A stretch of 64,000 nt of DNA from Blasia pusilla (lineage: Eukaryota): positions 12,834,001 through 12,898,000 of the forward strand of contig CM114271.1 in the NCBI GenBank assembly GCA_050084515.1. Direction: 5' to 3'. Below are positions 52,150 through 64,000 of the stretch, one piece after another. Made by a program: the position numbers and the translations under genes. Every line of letters starts with the position of its first letter. Position 1 is the stretch's first letter. Below the pieces are notes generated by a model. That model worked only from the letters and a program-made list of their open reading frames with translations, had not been told where the DNA came from and did no database searches.

Positions 52150-54745
52150 ATCATATTTCTAAGCCTTGGCTAAGAAGTTCGCGGTGAACGCCACATATGA
52201 AACCGGTCAGATATTAGTTATTGTTTAATTTTTTTATACTACGCTAAGATTTGAATGAATCGAAAACAGGTTTCTATATAATAATTATTTTTTGACATAT
52301 AATAGCCATATTCTTTCTATTTTATTTTTCCCTTTCAAATTAGATCGGGGGAAATGTAATCCCTCTTTTGGGATAAAAATTCATCAAAATAAGAAATTTT
52401 CTTCTATTTATTGAAAGACTGGGATTTGGTTTAATTTTTAAAATTATTAGAAAAGATAAATTTTTATAATACATTTAACTTGGCTCAAGACATCTTTTCA
52501 TAGATTTTCCTTTATTGTTAAAATTTTTATTTCAGCATTTAGGAAAAAAATTAAAAATTTTAATTTCAAGTTAATTTTGGAAGGGAAATTATATATTACT
52601 TAAGAAATATGTAATCAATTTACTAATTAAAATTTTTTGGAAGACCTCAATCAAATTTGTCTACGAATTCATAAATTTTTTAATTTTACAAGAATCAAGA
52701 ATAAATTAAAGGCGTTATCCCTACTTGAGAAGCTCCCTTGAACGCCGAGTGTTTAATTTTCCCTATTCTAAGCTAAGATTTGAATAAAAAACCAGTTTTT
52801 AAAATGATTTTTAAATTGTTTTTTTATAGATTTAAATTAAAAAATATAATCCCAAAAAAATTTACCTCTTTCTCACATTAAAGTTTATTTTTTCATTTTC
52901 GAAATTAAAATTTTCATTTCAACATTCAGGAAAAATATTAAAATTTTTAATTTCAAGTTAATTTTGGAAGGGAAATTACATATTACTTTCGAAATATGTA
53001 ATTACATTACTAATTGAGAAATTTTGAAGACCCCTCTCAAAGTTATCCATGAAATCACGAATTTTTGAACTCTACCCTATACTAAGAGAAAAGGACTCGA
53101 TAAGGTTTTCATAATCATATTATTAAGGGCTTTAGCCTTGGCCAAGAAGCTCCCTTGATTGCCACGTTTGAAACCAGTCAGATACTCAATTATTGTTTAT
53201 TGTTTAATTTTTTTTCTGTACCAAGTTAAGATTTGATTTGAATAGAAAAGAGGTATTTAAATAATTATATATTTTTTGTTTTAAGATAAATTTAAATTAA
53301 TAATGTAGAATCCCATAAATAGATTTACCTCTTTTCATTATCTGTTTATTTTTCATTTTAGAAATTAAAATAATTATTTAAAAATTTAATAAAAAAACTT
53401 TTAATTTCAAGTTAATTTTGGAAGGAAAATTATTATTACTTTAGAAATATGTCATTTAATCTATTTTTCAAGCTTTACTTGTAAGGGACTTTTAAGAACA
53501 TTTAGGCACAAACTTTGGATCAAAATGAATGAATTTTTGTACTAATTCAGAATTCGGAGACCCCTACTATATTTTTCCATGAATGCATGAATTTTTAAAA
53601 TTTTACCCTATGCTTAGCACGAAACAAGAATGGGTAAGGTTTTCATAATATTTAATTATTTATAATTAACTCAAATTCAAACATCTTCCTCAATGAAATT
53701 TTCTAGAGTCTCTTTCTTTTTTTTAATCTTTCCTCATTTGAAAATTTCAAAAAATAATTTCAAGATTAATGGAAATGAAATTTAAAGTTTAGTTTTGAGG
53801 GGAAATCAAATTTTCTTTTGGGAAAAAATGAAAAGGATAATAGGATACTAACGAGACACGAATTATTATTCAAAATAAAGGAAGACATACTATTTCTATT
53901 TTATTTTTACTTTTCAAGTTAGACGGGGAAAAAATTTAATCCCTCTTTTGGGAAAAAAATCATCAAAATCAATGATTTTCTTTTATTTCTTGAAAGACGG
54001 GGATTGGAAAAGGGATAACTTATTTTTTCCATATTAAGAAAGGAAAATCTATGAAAAATTCTCTTGAGCCAAGTAAGATGTATTATAAAAAAATAAATCA
54101 ATCTTTCTTATTTTTTGTCATATTTTTTAAGATTAAACTTTATTCATCGTGCGGCCTTCTAATTTCACATTCTCATCCTCCAGATGTGATTTTTTTCATT
54201 CCCAATCAACTCACCCCAAGTTGCCCAATGCATCGCATGGGCAAAAAATTACTAGTATAAAATTAAAATGTTGAAATAAAAACACATTATGTGTGGTGTA
54301 TTTATTAAATTAAAAAGCCTAAATTTTTTTTAATAATAATTTTCAAAACATTTATTCTCAAGTTAAAAAAAGGGGGAAAAATCTATGTGAAACACTTCTC
54401 AAAGTTTTATCATGGAGAATCACCTCCATTTCTTAAGATTTAAAACAATCTAAACTTTCAAGCTTATTTTAAAATATGTTCTCAAATCTAATGTCCAACT
54501 TCTCCAACATCAGTACTAGTACTGAGTCTTTGATATGTTAGATATCCTTTGCAAGTCTCAAGTTTAGAAAAGGGAAATTTTTTTGGTGTGAAAACCTTCT
54601 CAAAGTTTTATCATGAATAATCACCTCCATTTCTTAAAATTTTTAAATAATCTACACTTTTAAAGTCATTTTAAAAGATGTCCTCAAATCTAATATCCAA
54701 CTTCTCCAACATGAGTACTTTGATAGGTTAGATATCGCTTGCATG
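52150..54745. repeat. AT-rich degenerate tandem repeats (~400-450 bp units) plus a ~200 bp duplication
   Basis: TTAATTTCAAGTTAATTTTGGAAGG at ~52560, ~52947, ~53401; 52310-52430 resembles 53890-54005; 54385-54550 resembles 54585-54745. Confidence 0.8.
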
Positions 54746-54787
54746 AAAATTGTTCACCATGCACTTACATCGAACGTCGTTAGTGTT

Positions 54788-55023
54788 CAAGGTTGCATAT
54801 AGATAAAGTTTGTGTCCGCGGACATAGACATGTCCGCAGACTTACGTCCTTCCTATAGAAGGACTTGTCCACATGGGCCTCATCTCCCCCTTCTTCCTCA
54901 TCACCCCAATTGCCTTCCACCATGAACTATGAGTGTGGGCCCCACCTTTTGCAATCCATGTTAGTGGACATGTCCAAATTTGTCCGTCCTAGGGACGGAC
55001 TTGTCGGTTTTTGTACAACCAGG
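54788..55023. mobile_element. hAT-type MITE (same family as 35337-35680)
   Basis: TIRs CAAGGTTGCA / GTACAACCAGG; flanks TTAGTGTT / TCAATGTT (6/8). Confidence 0.6.
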
Positions 55024-55845
55024 TCAATGTTGTGTGTTGTAACTACATATACTCTCTAAGATGAAATCAACTAATCCTTTTAGCATAGCCTCTTCCATGA
55101 ATAGTTTCATATCTCCATGAATCCCTATGTTGAGTAATTATAGCCAAGTTCCCATACAAGAATCATCTTTTCCTTTTCAAACCATACATGCACCCATCAA
55201 AGTTCAACAACTTTATCATATCACGAAACACATTGAATAATTGCAAGCAACTTTTTCTCTCTCATGGTGAGTTATCGGGGAGTTGTGGGGAGGGGATGAG
55301 GTTAGAGGGAGAAGGGGACAAGGGGGAGGGTAGGGGACAAAGACGGAGAAGCAACAAGCATGAGAGGTAGCGTTGGGTGCACGAGGTCCACAATAGGGTT
55401 GGAGGTGGGGTAGGAGCAAGGAAGTGGGAGGGAAGGAAGAAGGTGGGAGAGGGAGTAAGAATAGGGGAGAGAGGATTTGTGCGGCACGAATTCACATGGG
55501 GTAGATGTGGAAAGGTGCTAGCATGGGCAAGGGCGGGCAAGAGGGAGTGTTTTGTGTTTAGAGAGTGGGGGGTCATGGCAGAAAATCAAAGGTGCACAAG
55601 AAAAATCCTTGCACAGACAAGTCCATCCCTAGGTCATATTTAAGTATAAGGACTTGGACATATCCGTTGACTTACATACGTTCTATACAAGGACTTTTCC
55701 CTATGGACCCCACCTCCGGGACCTCCCTCCTTCTCATCCCCCCACTTTCCCTCATGTCCCGTACTCTGTCCATTTGTCTTGCCTCCCACAAGTCTTGACT
55801 CCTACTATGAATCAAGGTTTTCTTCATATCAAAATACATATAGAT

Positions 55846-57035
55846 TCATAAAAAAATTGGCATATCACTGGCCCAATCTATCCATATACAAGGATACTTC
55901 AAATTTCCTAGATCCTTCGTACTAAAGGAAACAAAACTTATGCACCCTCTCTTGAACAAATTTATCCTTTGTCTTTTTTTTCTTGTCAAATTGAAACCTA
56001 CCAGAGGCTCCCAATTATCTATATATTGTGATTTCATTCAAAGAACAAGGCATAATTTGTGGTTGCTCCTCATTACCCTGGTCACCTCTACTACAAATTA
56101 ACACCCCACGTTGATCTGCATTATTATGCTCTACATCTAAAAAAATAGCATGTGGTTCATGAGACATTTTTGCATTCCACTCAAAGGATGTCTTAGGAAT
56201 TGAAGTCTATGGGTGCCCATCTCTCCTTGTCTTGTCCCCAACCAATGGCTCAAAAATATCTATAGCAATGTGTCAATATATGGACGTGATCAATTGGATG
56301 CCTCTAACATTCATTATTACTCATCTAATCCTACATTTACTATCCTTGTGAGAAAATTCAAATTGATAGGCTCTTTGAAATCCATCATAAGCTCACTTCA
56401 ACACCTCTAATGGTCATGGTTGCACAGAAATGGGCTTAACCAATGGGTTTCCCCCCCCCCGGTCGGGTTTTTTTGGTACCCCGTAGGTTGCACGGGCTTA
56501 GGACACAAAAACGAGAATAAGTTGCCTGCGAGCTAGAGTTCGCCTTGCGGGCTCAAGGCAGGCCAGTTAGGACTACAAAATCGGCGACAGATTCTTAGAG
56601 TACGTGCAGGCTGGTCAAGCCCAGGTCTACGTTATGGGCGGGGAGAGCTCGGGTGCAGGCCGTGGGTAGTAGGGTAGGGCCCGCACGGACATGGTCACAT
56701 GGATGATGGAACTGTCTGTAGATACGAACTTTGTCCGTGTGCCAACCCTATTTAAATCATGTGCTCCGGAAAATGAAATCTTATGGGCAACGTTTGCTGG
56801 GATTTATGTACTTTCCATACCAATAACAATTCAAGATACTTCAAGACCAACCTTATCACATATTGTAATGAGACTTATGATACAATCTCATCTTTCCCAA
56901 CATATAGATATTTATGTACTGATATATTGTTTTATAACACTATAACCAACCATATGCCAATCTCTTGGAAGAAATCAAAAAATCTCACATCCTCCTCTAG
57001 ATGATACCATACAACGAGTGTGGTATCCAAGAATG
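55846..57035 (-). pseudogene. Very old remnant of the DNMT-Gypsy family: DNMT N-terminus (56752-57035) and pre-RT segment (55846-56037)
   Basis: LDTTLVVWYHLEEDVRFFDFFQEIGIWLVIVL*NNISVHKYLYVGKDEI aligns with LDTTPIVWCTSEEDIRLLDLFGGISTGLAVVLQAAVRVQQYLYVESDNV; DNWEPLVGFNLT...KDLGNLK aligns with ETWEPDMGPKLT...ENLGTLK. Confidence 0.75.
56415..56750. mobile_element. hAT-type MITE copy
   Basis: Starts CATGGTTGCACAGAAA, ends TTTGTCCGTGTGCCAACCCTA; no clean TSD. Confidence 0.55.
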
Positions 57036-57343
57036 CCAAAATCATCACTCCAACCCCTCCTTAGCATCAACAAGGAAAATCACTCTATCTTGGGGGCTTG
57101 GGATGAACTTACTTGTGATGTCATAAGTAAACTTAAGGACTCGCCTATGTCAAACTCAATAGTGATCCAAAAGTAATATGTCTTATGGACCTTGTAAATA
57201 GGTGGGATGTTTACGTGTTGTGAATAAATGAAGTCTTAGGTGGCAAACTTAGCTAGTCAGCTTATTAGGATAACTTAGATTAGCGTGACGAAGATGATCT
57301 AGGTTTACCTAAGAGGAGAAGCTCAATGTTTCTAAGCGGTGCA

Positions 57344-58501
57344 TGTGACAACCTAAGTATTAATTAAACACCAAATTAGGAATTGCGGATTAGATATTAG
57401 AACACACTTTCGGTGTCGAGGGGTTGGATTCCCAAAATACTTAACATAAAAAGGTTTGCATTGATGATGGAATCAACCTCTAAAGAAGGGTGAGTGTCAT
57501 GACCCTCATAGCCAAACGTGCAATGATGCGAAAGATCATAGCTCTAGCGGGCTCACACTATGATAGAACCACGTCGGAATCTCTAGAATGAGACATGATT
57601 TGTAAGCGAGACACGAGCCTTTTCACGCATCTGAAGTGATGATGGTTATGATCTAGTAGGACAAGACCAAATGCCAAAAAGGTCTAGAGAAGAGCTCAAT
57701 TCCCACAAGAGTTGGGCGCCGAGGGACTTGAAACAATTACTTAATTAACTAAGTGTTTGCAGTTTCTCCACATTTGAGGTCATAACATCTAGACTCAAGA
57801 TGCATTTGGGATGAATAAGGGGGCATTGAAAATATGATTCCAATGCACTAAAGATCTAGACAAACGCGTGAGGAGAGATCAAGAAACCACCCCTAAACTA
57901 TCAGAACGATAGTTGGGTTGAGGGCCACAAGGAGCGCCCTAAGAGGACTTTCCCAAAGGTAGGGAAGGGATGGAGATGTGTACAACTATATAAAAGGAGA
58001 AGGATCGTCAAGGGATTTTGGGACTCAAAACCTATCTTTGTGAACCAAGGGCACAAGATGGATCGAGAGGTTGGCTTCTAGGTGCAGACATGCAGCAAAC
58101 CAAGTTCATGGGGATTTATTATGCCTATCAACCTTTAACCTTGACCTATGATTCAAATATTGGGCCTAGCTAGAGACTCATTCAAGCTCCATTAGGCAGT
58201 TAGGATTTCCATGTGCGTTTATGCCATTTTGGGTTCCTAGACTATCAAGAAAATTTGTCCCAAGTCTTGAAGGACTTACTTGTGTTGGGAAATGAGAGGT
58301 TATGATGGTATTTGACCACTTTAATCTATTGAGCTTGAAGAACAGCCAAAGTCCAGGACTTGGGAGATGTGAAACTAGTTGATCCAAATAGTGGCTAACG
58401 TGAGTGTGTTTAGGTGCAAATCAGTAAGGAGAGCGTGACCGACTGAACCTACGCTTCTGCAATACTTGAGATTGACATTCAAAAGGAGTTGGTATGTGAC
58501 A
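57344..58501. repeat. Possible solo LTR of an unrelated family
   Basis: TGTGACA...TGTGACA ends, internal CTATATAAAAGG (~57987); flanks GTGCA / ATGTG differ only by transitions. Confidence 0.3.
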
Positions 58502-58877
58502 ATGTGGTTGACTAGGAAACACAGTGTGTCATCTATAGTCCCCTCATGTGGGTCTAACTCAACCTGATCTCAAAGCACCTTAAGTCACCATAAAATTGGC
58601 CTACAAAAGTGACACACTACACAAATCTCATACGGTTAAAATTGACCTCTTGTTAAAATCCAACCTACATCTAGTTAGATGTCAATTTTGTTATGACTAG
58701 CCAAGTCTATGGTTCTCATGCTAATAGGGACCTGGTAAGTGAGTCATGGTTGTGGGTCCAAGGAGAAAAGACCTTGGTGTGACCCACCAAAGTCAAAACC
58801 GAGACTAAGAGGGGTGGCGGAACTAGCCACGGGACTAACGCTTCGGGTGGTGTGAGCGTGTCTTGTGACTAACCTTA

Positions 58878-59260
58878 GGGCCCTATCCCATGGGCCCGCC
58901 TTGTTGAGCAAAGCATGCCATTAGACAAGATGGCATTCATCCAACAACGTGAAACTTGTCAAAATCATCCATTTGATGCTGCAGTCACAAAATTCTTGCA
59001 GGGTTGCCAAAATTCTTGCACCCAAAAATATTGGGCGCAAGAAAGGGGTTTGGACTCGTGCCCTCCCAATCAAGAAAAATTTCCAAACAAACGGTTTTTC
59101 TCCTTCTTGTCGTACGTTGAGTGGCAGGCATTCCACAAATGATAAGCTACGTGCTCAGTTTGAAACCGATCGACAACTGCTGATTAGCTGACGGTTCCAG
59201 TTGGAGGGCCATTTGTTGGGTCACGTGCGACCCTACAATGCAGCCCATGGGATAAGGCCC
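58878..59260. mobile_element. Tourist (PIF/Harbinger) MITE
   Basis: TIR GGGCCCTATCCCATGGGC, 17/18 match; TTA TSD at 58875-58877 and 59261-59263. Confidence 0.9.
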
Positions 59261-60100
59261 TTAGATGAGAAAGGGTCCTAAATACTCAGAAGAACAAAGG
59301 CAAGTCAAGAAAGGTTCGAGATGTTGGAGCCAAGCACCAAGTCAAGCGCGAGGAGCAAGGGATACGTGGGTAGTCAAGATGGGTGAGACGCCATGAAAGT
59401 AGTCATGAAATGCAAAGGATGACAAGACAACCATGAGATGCCAAATGGGGAGTCAAGATGGGCACTAGCGAGGAGACACAAAAAATGTGGATGCAAGCTC
59501 CAAGATGCGTTTGGGGAGCCGAGAGTTGCTTAAGCTAGTAGAAGCCTCCGCCAAGCCATCTTGATGGATAACAAGTCAAACGTTAGTCCGCACGTCGCAA
59601 ACCATATTTGAGTTGAAGGCCAAAAATAAGGGCTCAAGGGGAAAATAGGAAAGATACCTATGGTTCCCTCATAGAACCCCAAAAGTACTTAAAGGGGGAG
59701 ACACTCTCCCTCTCTACCCCGTAAGCCCTTGAGCCAATAACTAACCTCGATACTGGTTTGGTCGTGTTTTAGGTTTGAGTTAAGAAATGCACCTCAAAGA
59801 ATTAACCAACACGCTCTGGTGAAGGAAAAAAACTTGGGGAGATTGGTGAAAGCTTGAGAAGGAGGCTTCCAAGGGAGACGATACACACTTTGGGAGACTC
59901 AACCTGATTAGCGCTTGGCGGCTTCTCGGCAACCTACGAAACTTTCAACCAATTGAGTGTTTGGGACTCAATCTAAATCCTTTGCTTGCAAAGCTTGAGG
60001 TTGGGAGTACTTGGGATGAAGCTAGATGAAGTAGAGGATGGATTCTATGATGTGGTATGAGAGAAAGTCACCAAATAGGTCACGATAAATGGATGATTGT

Positions 60101-62487
60101 TGTCGTGCGCATACACATCGCTACACAACATATATCGCTGTCACCAAACACACACATAAACACGCATGATCCCATGCTAACTCATGGCATCCAAACAATG
60201 AGACGAGGAGTACCAAAATATCTCCAATCAAATAAGGTCAAATCTTTCTCACAGCACCATAGCTCTCACATGTGTGCACTCTCATATGTCTCTCTCAATG
60301 TCAAACCAAACCCACTCTCCTAATGAGAGGCTTGGATTACACTCACAAGGCAAAGGACCAAAGCTCCGCCGCCTCGTGCCAAGAGGATCAACCAAGAGAG
60401 AATGAGCGTTCTACTAGATCTCGCAGATCTATCCTAAAAGATGTGACAGTTGTCGTACACATACACATCGCTATACAACATACGTCGTTGTTACCAAACA
60501 CACACATAAACATGCACAATCCCGTACTCATGTGGCCCCATCGTTAGTCGCCTTCTTGTCATCCATATCACAAGACATAAGTCAAAATCTAAAACTACCT
60601 ACTCTATGTACATTTGGGATACATCCATCATTTTTGAGGACCCTAGTGAGAGGTGGCGTCAAACATGCCATATGCCACCATCTCAAACACCCGTCATAGA
60701 CTAGCATAGTGGTTGCACCATGGGCGGAACCACACAACATACATTGCAAACCTGTAGGAACTATTGGTAGGCTCAGATCAACTATCACGTCAATGTTAGG
60801 AAGGTGACATGACGCACAGTCTTTTTCCTAAATGTTGAAATAATAATTTAAATTATAGAATAAAAAACTAAATTGATAATGAAAAAAAGGTAACTTTGAT
60901 TTTGGGATTCTATTTTTTAATTTAATTTCATCTTTAAACAAAAATTAATTATTATTTAAGAAACGTCTTTTCTATTCAACTCTCAACTTAGTATAGGGAA
61001 AATTAAACAATAATTGAGTATATGAAGGCTTCATAAGTGAAGTTCACGGGGAGCTTCTAAGCCAGGGCTAACGCCCTTAATGAAGCTCTCTCACTCACTC
61101 ATTCTCTCTTTGTAAAATAAGATCAAATCTTTCTCACAACCCTATAGTTCTCACATGTGTGCACTCTCACATGTGTCTCTCAATATCAAACCAAACCCAC
61201 TCTCCTAATGAGAGGCTTGGGTTACACACACAAGGCAAGCAAGACCATAGCTCCGCTCCTTCATGCCAAGAGGTTCAACAAAGAGAGAATGAGCTCTCGA
61301 GCTCTCTCTCCATGGTAACCTATGCTCCCAAGTCAACGTATACAACAAATTATGTGGTGGCAGCTCAAGTCAGAGAATCAACAATCGTCGTGGAAGACTG
61401 TCCACTCCGTAATGGAAGCAATGGCAACCAATGGCGGAGAACGGCCGAACGCGGCTCTTAGCGGCGGTGGCCAAAAATTGACGACAGACAGCGGACGGCG
61501 ATGGTGGACCATTGATGGTGATGGTTGACCATTGATGGTGACTATGATGGTGACGACCGTCGCCGGCACGGCGGCTAGTTTAGGGTTTTAGCAATTTTAC
61601 CGTAAAAATTGCCTAGCAATGGCATTTTTGCAAGATCAACCATAACTTTTTGCTCACATCCTAAAATTGTGCACTATTTCTTCCATAACGTGAAAAACTT
61701 TGAGATCTACGAAAAGGGCTAATTTTGGTTTAATTCAACTTTCCCACAAAAACTGACGGGAACTATCATGCAGCCCTTCAAATCTGCACTCCTAAGACAA
61801 TCGGCAGCGCTTCCGCGCTAATTTCTTCCACAAAAAACTTCAGACCTATAAAATCACAAACCAACAAGCTACTTGGTGCTTCCAAGAGCACTCAAATGGG
61901 GAAATCCGCCCCCAAAATTCATTTATACAGAAATTTGGGCAGCGCTTCCGCACGCCACTCTTCCACACAAAAAATTAGCAATGGAAAACGGTAAAACAAG
62001 TAGCGCTTGCTCCGGTCAGCACTCCCATGAGCCGCTGAATGGGGAACACGGTCCCCAACCCGCACCAAAAATGAGTAACCAGCGAGCTCCTCCATTGAAA
62101 CTCTCTCCCGCTCTCATTCTCTATTTGTAAAATAAGGTCAAATCTCTCTCACAACACCATAGCTCTCATATGTGTGCACTCTCACATGTCTCTCTCAATG
62201 TCAAACCAAACCCACTCTCCTAATGAGAAGCTTGGGTTACGCTCCCAAGGCAAGGGACCATAGCTCTTCTGCCTCGTGCCAAGAGGTTCAATAAAGAGAG
62301 AATGAGCTCTCAAGCTTTCTCTCTTGGAGGTATACCCCCTTCCCTCTCCCAAGCTCTTTCCTCGATGACCTGCTCTCTCAGGTTACCCGTGGCCTCAACA
62401 AATGATCCTCAACCTCCTAAGGCTGCCCTCCAATATCTCCAAATGCGCTCTACTAGATCTCGCCAATCTATCCTAAAAGACATGACA
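60101..62487 (-). mobile_element. Internally deleted derivative of the split-repeat Gypsy, 4-bp TSD TTGT
   Basis: B2 60101-60228, A2 60229-60448 (internally deleted), spacer, B1 from 60451, PHD remnant 60582-60788, extra partial A ~61113-61330, 5'UTR, A1 62128-62487; TTGT at 60097-60100 and 62488-62491. Confidence 0.9.
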
Positions 62488-63369
62488 TTGTGGTGGCAGC
62501 GATGGGCATGGCCAAAGAAGAGGACAAGCCCCGTAAGGGTAGGAAGGCCCTATCTTGGGGAAGGTTTGAGGGATGTGGAGAATAAGCCTATTGGGCCCAA
62601 TCTCCTTAGTAACTTCAAGGATATAGGTGAATTCAACAAGTTACCCGATCAAGATGAGGGTTTGGGGGACGAAATGGCCATCGGCAACAACTGTATGCCC
62701 TAGACTTTACGCTCTAGTATGCAAATGGAGGGTGGAAAAGTGGAACTTTCTTTAGTAAGTACAACCATCCCAAAACTAGTCATAATTTGGTGGAGTTGGC
62801 TAGACGAAAAGACATTGTTGTGATCCATTTTTCTTTGCACTAGAAGGTTTGAAATGGACATTCTGCTTTCATACTAAAATTTTAGGATGTTGATTTTAAG
62901 GTAACCAAGCCTAAGAAAGTTCCTCAACGTTCTAGTGTGCAAATATTCTTTTCACACTCATAGTTTAGGGGGGTAAATATAAGTCAACTCAACTCAAAAA
63001 AATAGTTGCAAAAAATGTTTTAGGGTGTAGATTTTTTGTACTTTGTTTGAATGAATGTGCTTATTATTTGGGGGAATGGGTTCATTAGGGCTAGAATTGC
63101 TAAGATTAACCATGAGTTATTTCCCATCATATGAATTTTTTCTTGAAATGTTGCTATATTCTTTTTGGTACAAAGAATCATTGAAGATGCCAAGTATCTC
63201 GAGCATATTAGGGATGGGAGGGCATAAGAAAATATTCTGTAAGGAGGAAAAATTTTCAACGTCATACTATGTCCACTCGAGAGATATTAAGCCGAATCAA
63301 AACTACCACCTTTTGTGCTAAACTCAAACCTAAATCCCAAGGACCACCACACCCTATTCCATCATTGTT

Positions 63370-63373
<4 letters not shown>

Positions 63374-63409
<36 letters not shown>
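63374..63409. repeat. (TC)18 microsatellite
   Basis: Perfect TC run. Confidence 0.97.
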
Positions 63410-63412
<3 letters not shown>

Positions 63413-64000
63413 CTTATTTTATGTTAGAACTTTATTTCCATGAAAAAATGCTCTTAAATGGAGTGAGATATTTTGAATCTATAAGGAAGGATTTTATCCT
63501 TTTTCAAATGTGATCTAGGAGACTATAATATACCCAAAAAAATTTAATTCTTTAGTTATCTTAATTCATTAAAATTCATTTTGCTTCTAGTCTTTTACGA
63601 AGAAAGCTCATTTTGGGAGAGAAGATATATTTTCACAATTCACTTCAAGCGTGATATTTTGTCCTTCTCCACTTATCATGGGTATCTCTAGATACATGGG
63701 TCATATAATCCAAGTTTTCTGGATTAAGTGTTTATGGCTCTTCAATACAACTAAGAGCCAACTTCCTTCCTCTCTTTGATAGAAAATCCAATTTTTTATA
63801 AAAAAAAAATCAAAAGACAAGGAAAGGAATTTATGGAAAGAATATCCAAAGAAGGGAAAAAGTCGAGAAATACAAGGAAAATGGCAACAAGAAAACACAA
63901 AAACCAACTCAACAAGCTATGCAAGTAATAGTTTCAAAGAAATCCAATGCAAAACACTAATGGTTTGTTCACATAACAAGGTCAACTCGTTCATGAGAGG

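Noticed and set aside
52150-54745. Repeats as a CRISPR array
   Set aside because: Long degenerate AT-rich units, no repeat-spacer periodicity, eukaryotic context

Overview
Eukaryotic, TE-dense plant DNA, inferred to be a non-seed land plant (bryophyte-like; not certain). The only clear host gene is a two-exon alpha-expansin (12693-13778, +). The rest is nested, decayed transposons: Ty1/copia, a PIF/Harbinger element, hAT and Tourist MITEs, a Pif1/Helitron helicase scrap, and six copies or fragments of one unusual Ty3/Gypsy-type family. The full-length copy (37220-47309, -) has the order gag-protease-DNMT3-like C5 cytosine methyltransferase-RT-RNaseH-DDE integrase-PHD finger. Instead of two LTRs it has split direct repeats (A1-ORFs-B1-A2-B2; A=514 bp, B=128 bp), an internal head-to-tail CA-NN-TG end junction, no tRNA primer site, and 4-bp target-site duplications. 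The termini, junction and 4-bp TSD recur in independent copies in the window. All TE ORFs are interrupted. All alignments and identities were done by eye.
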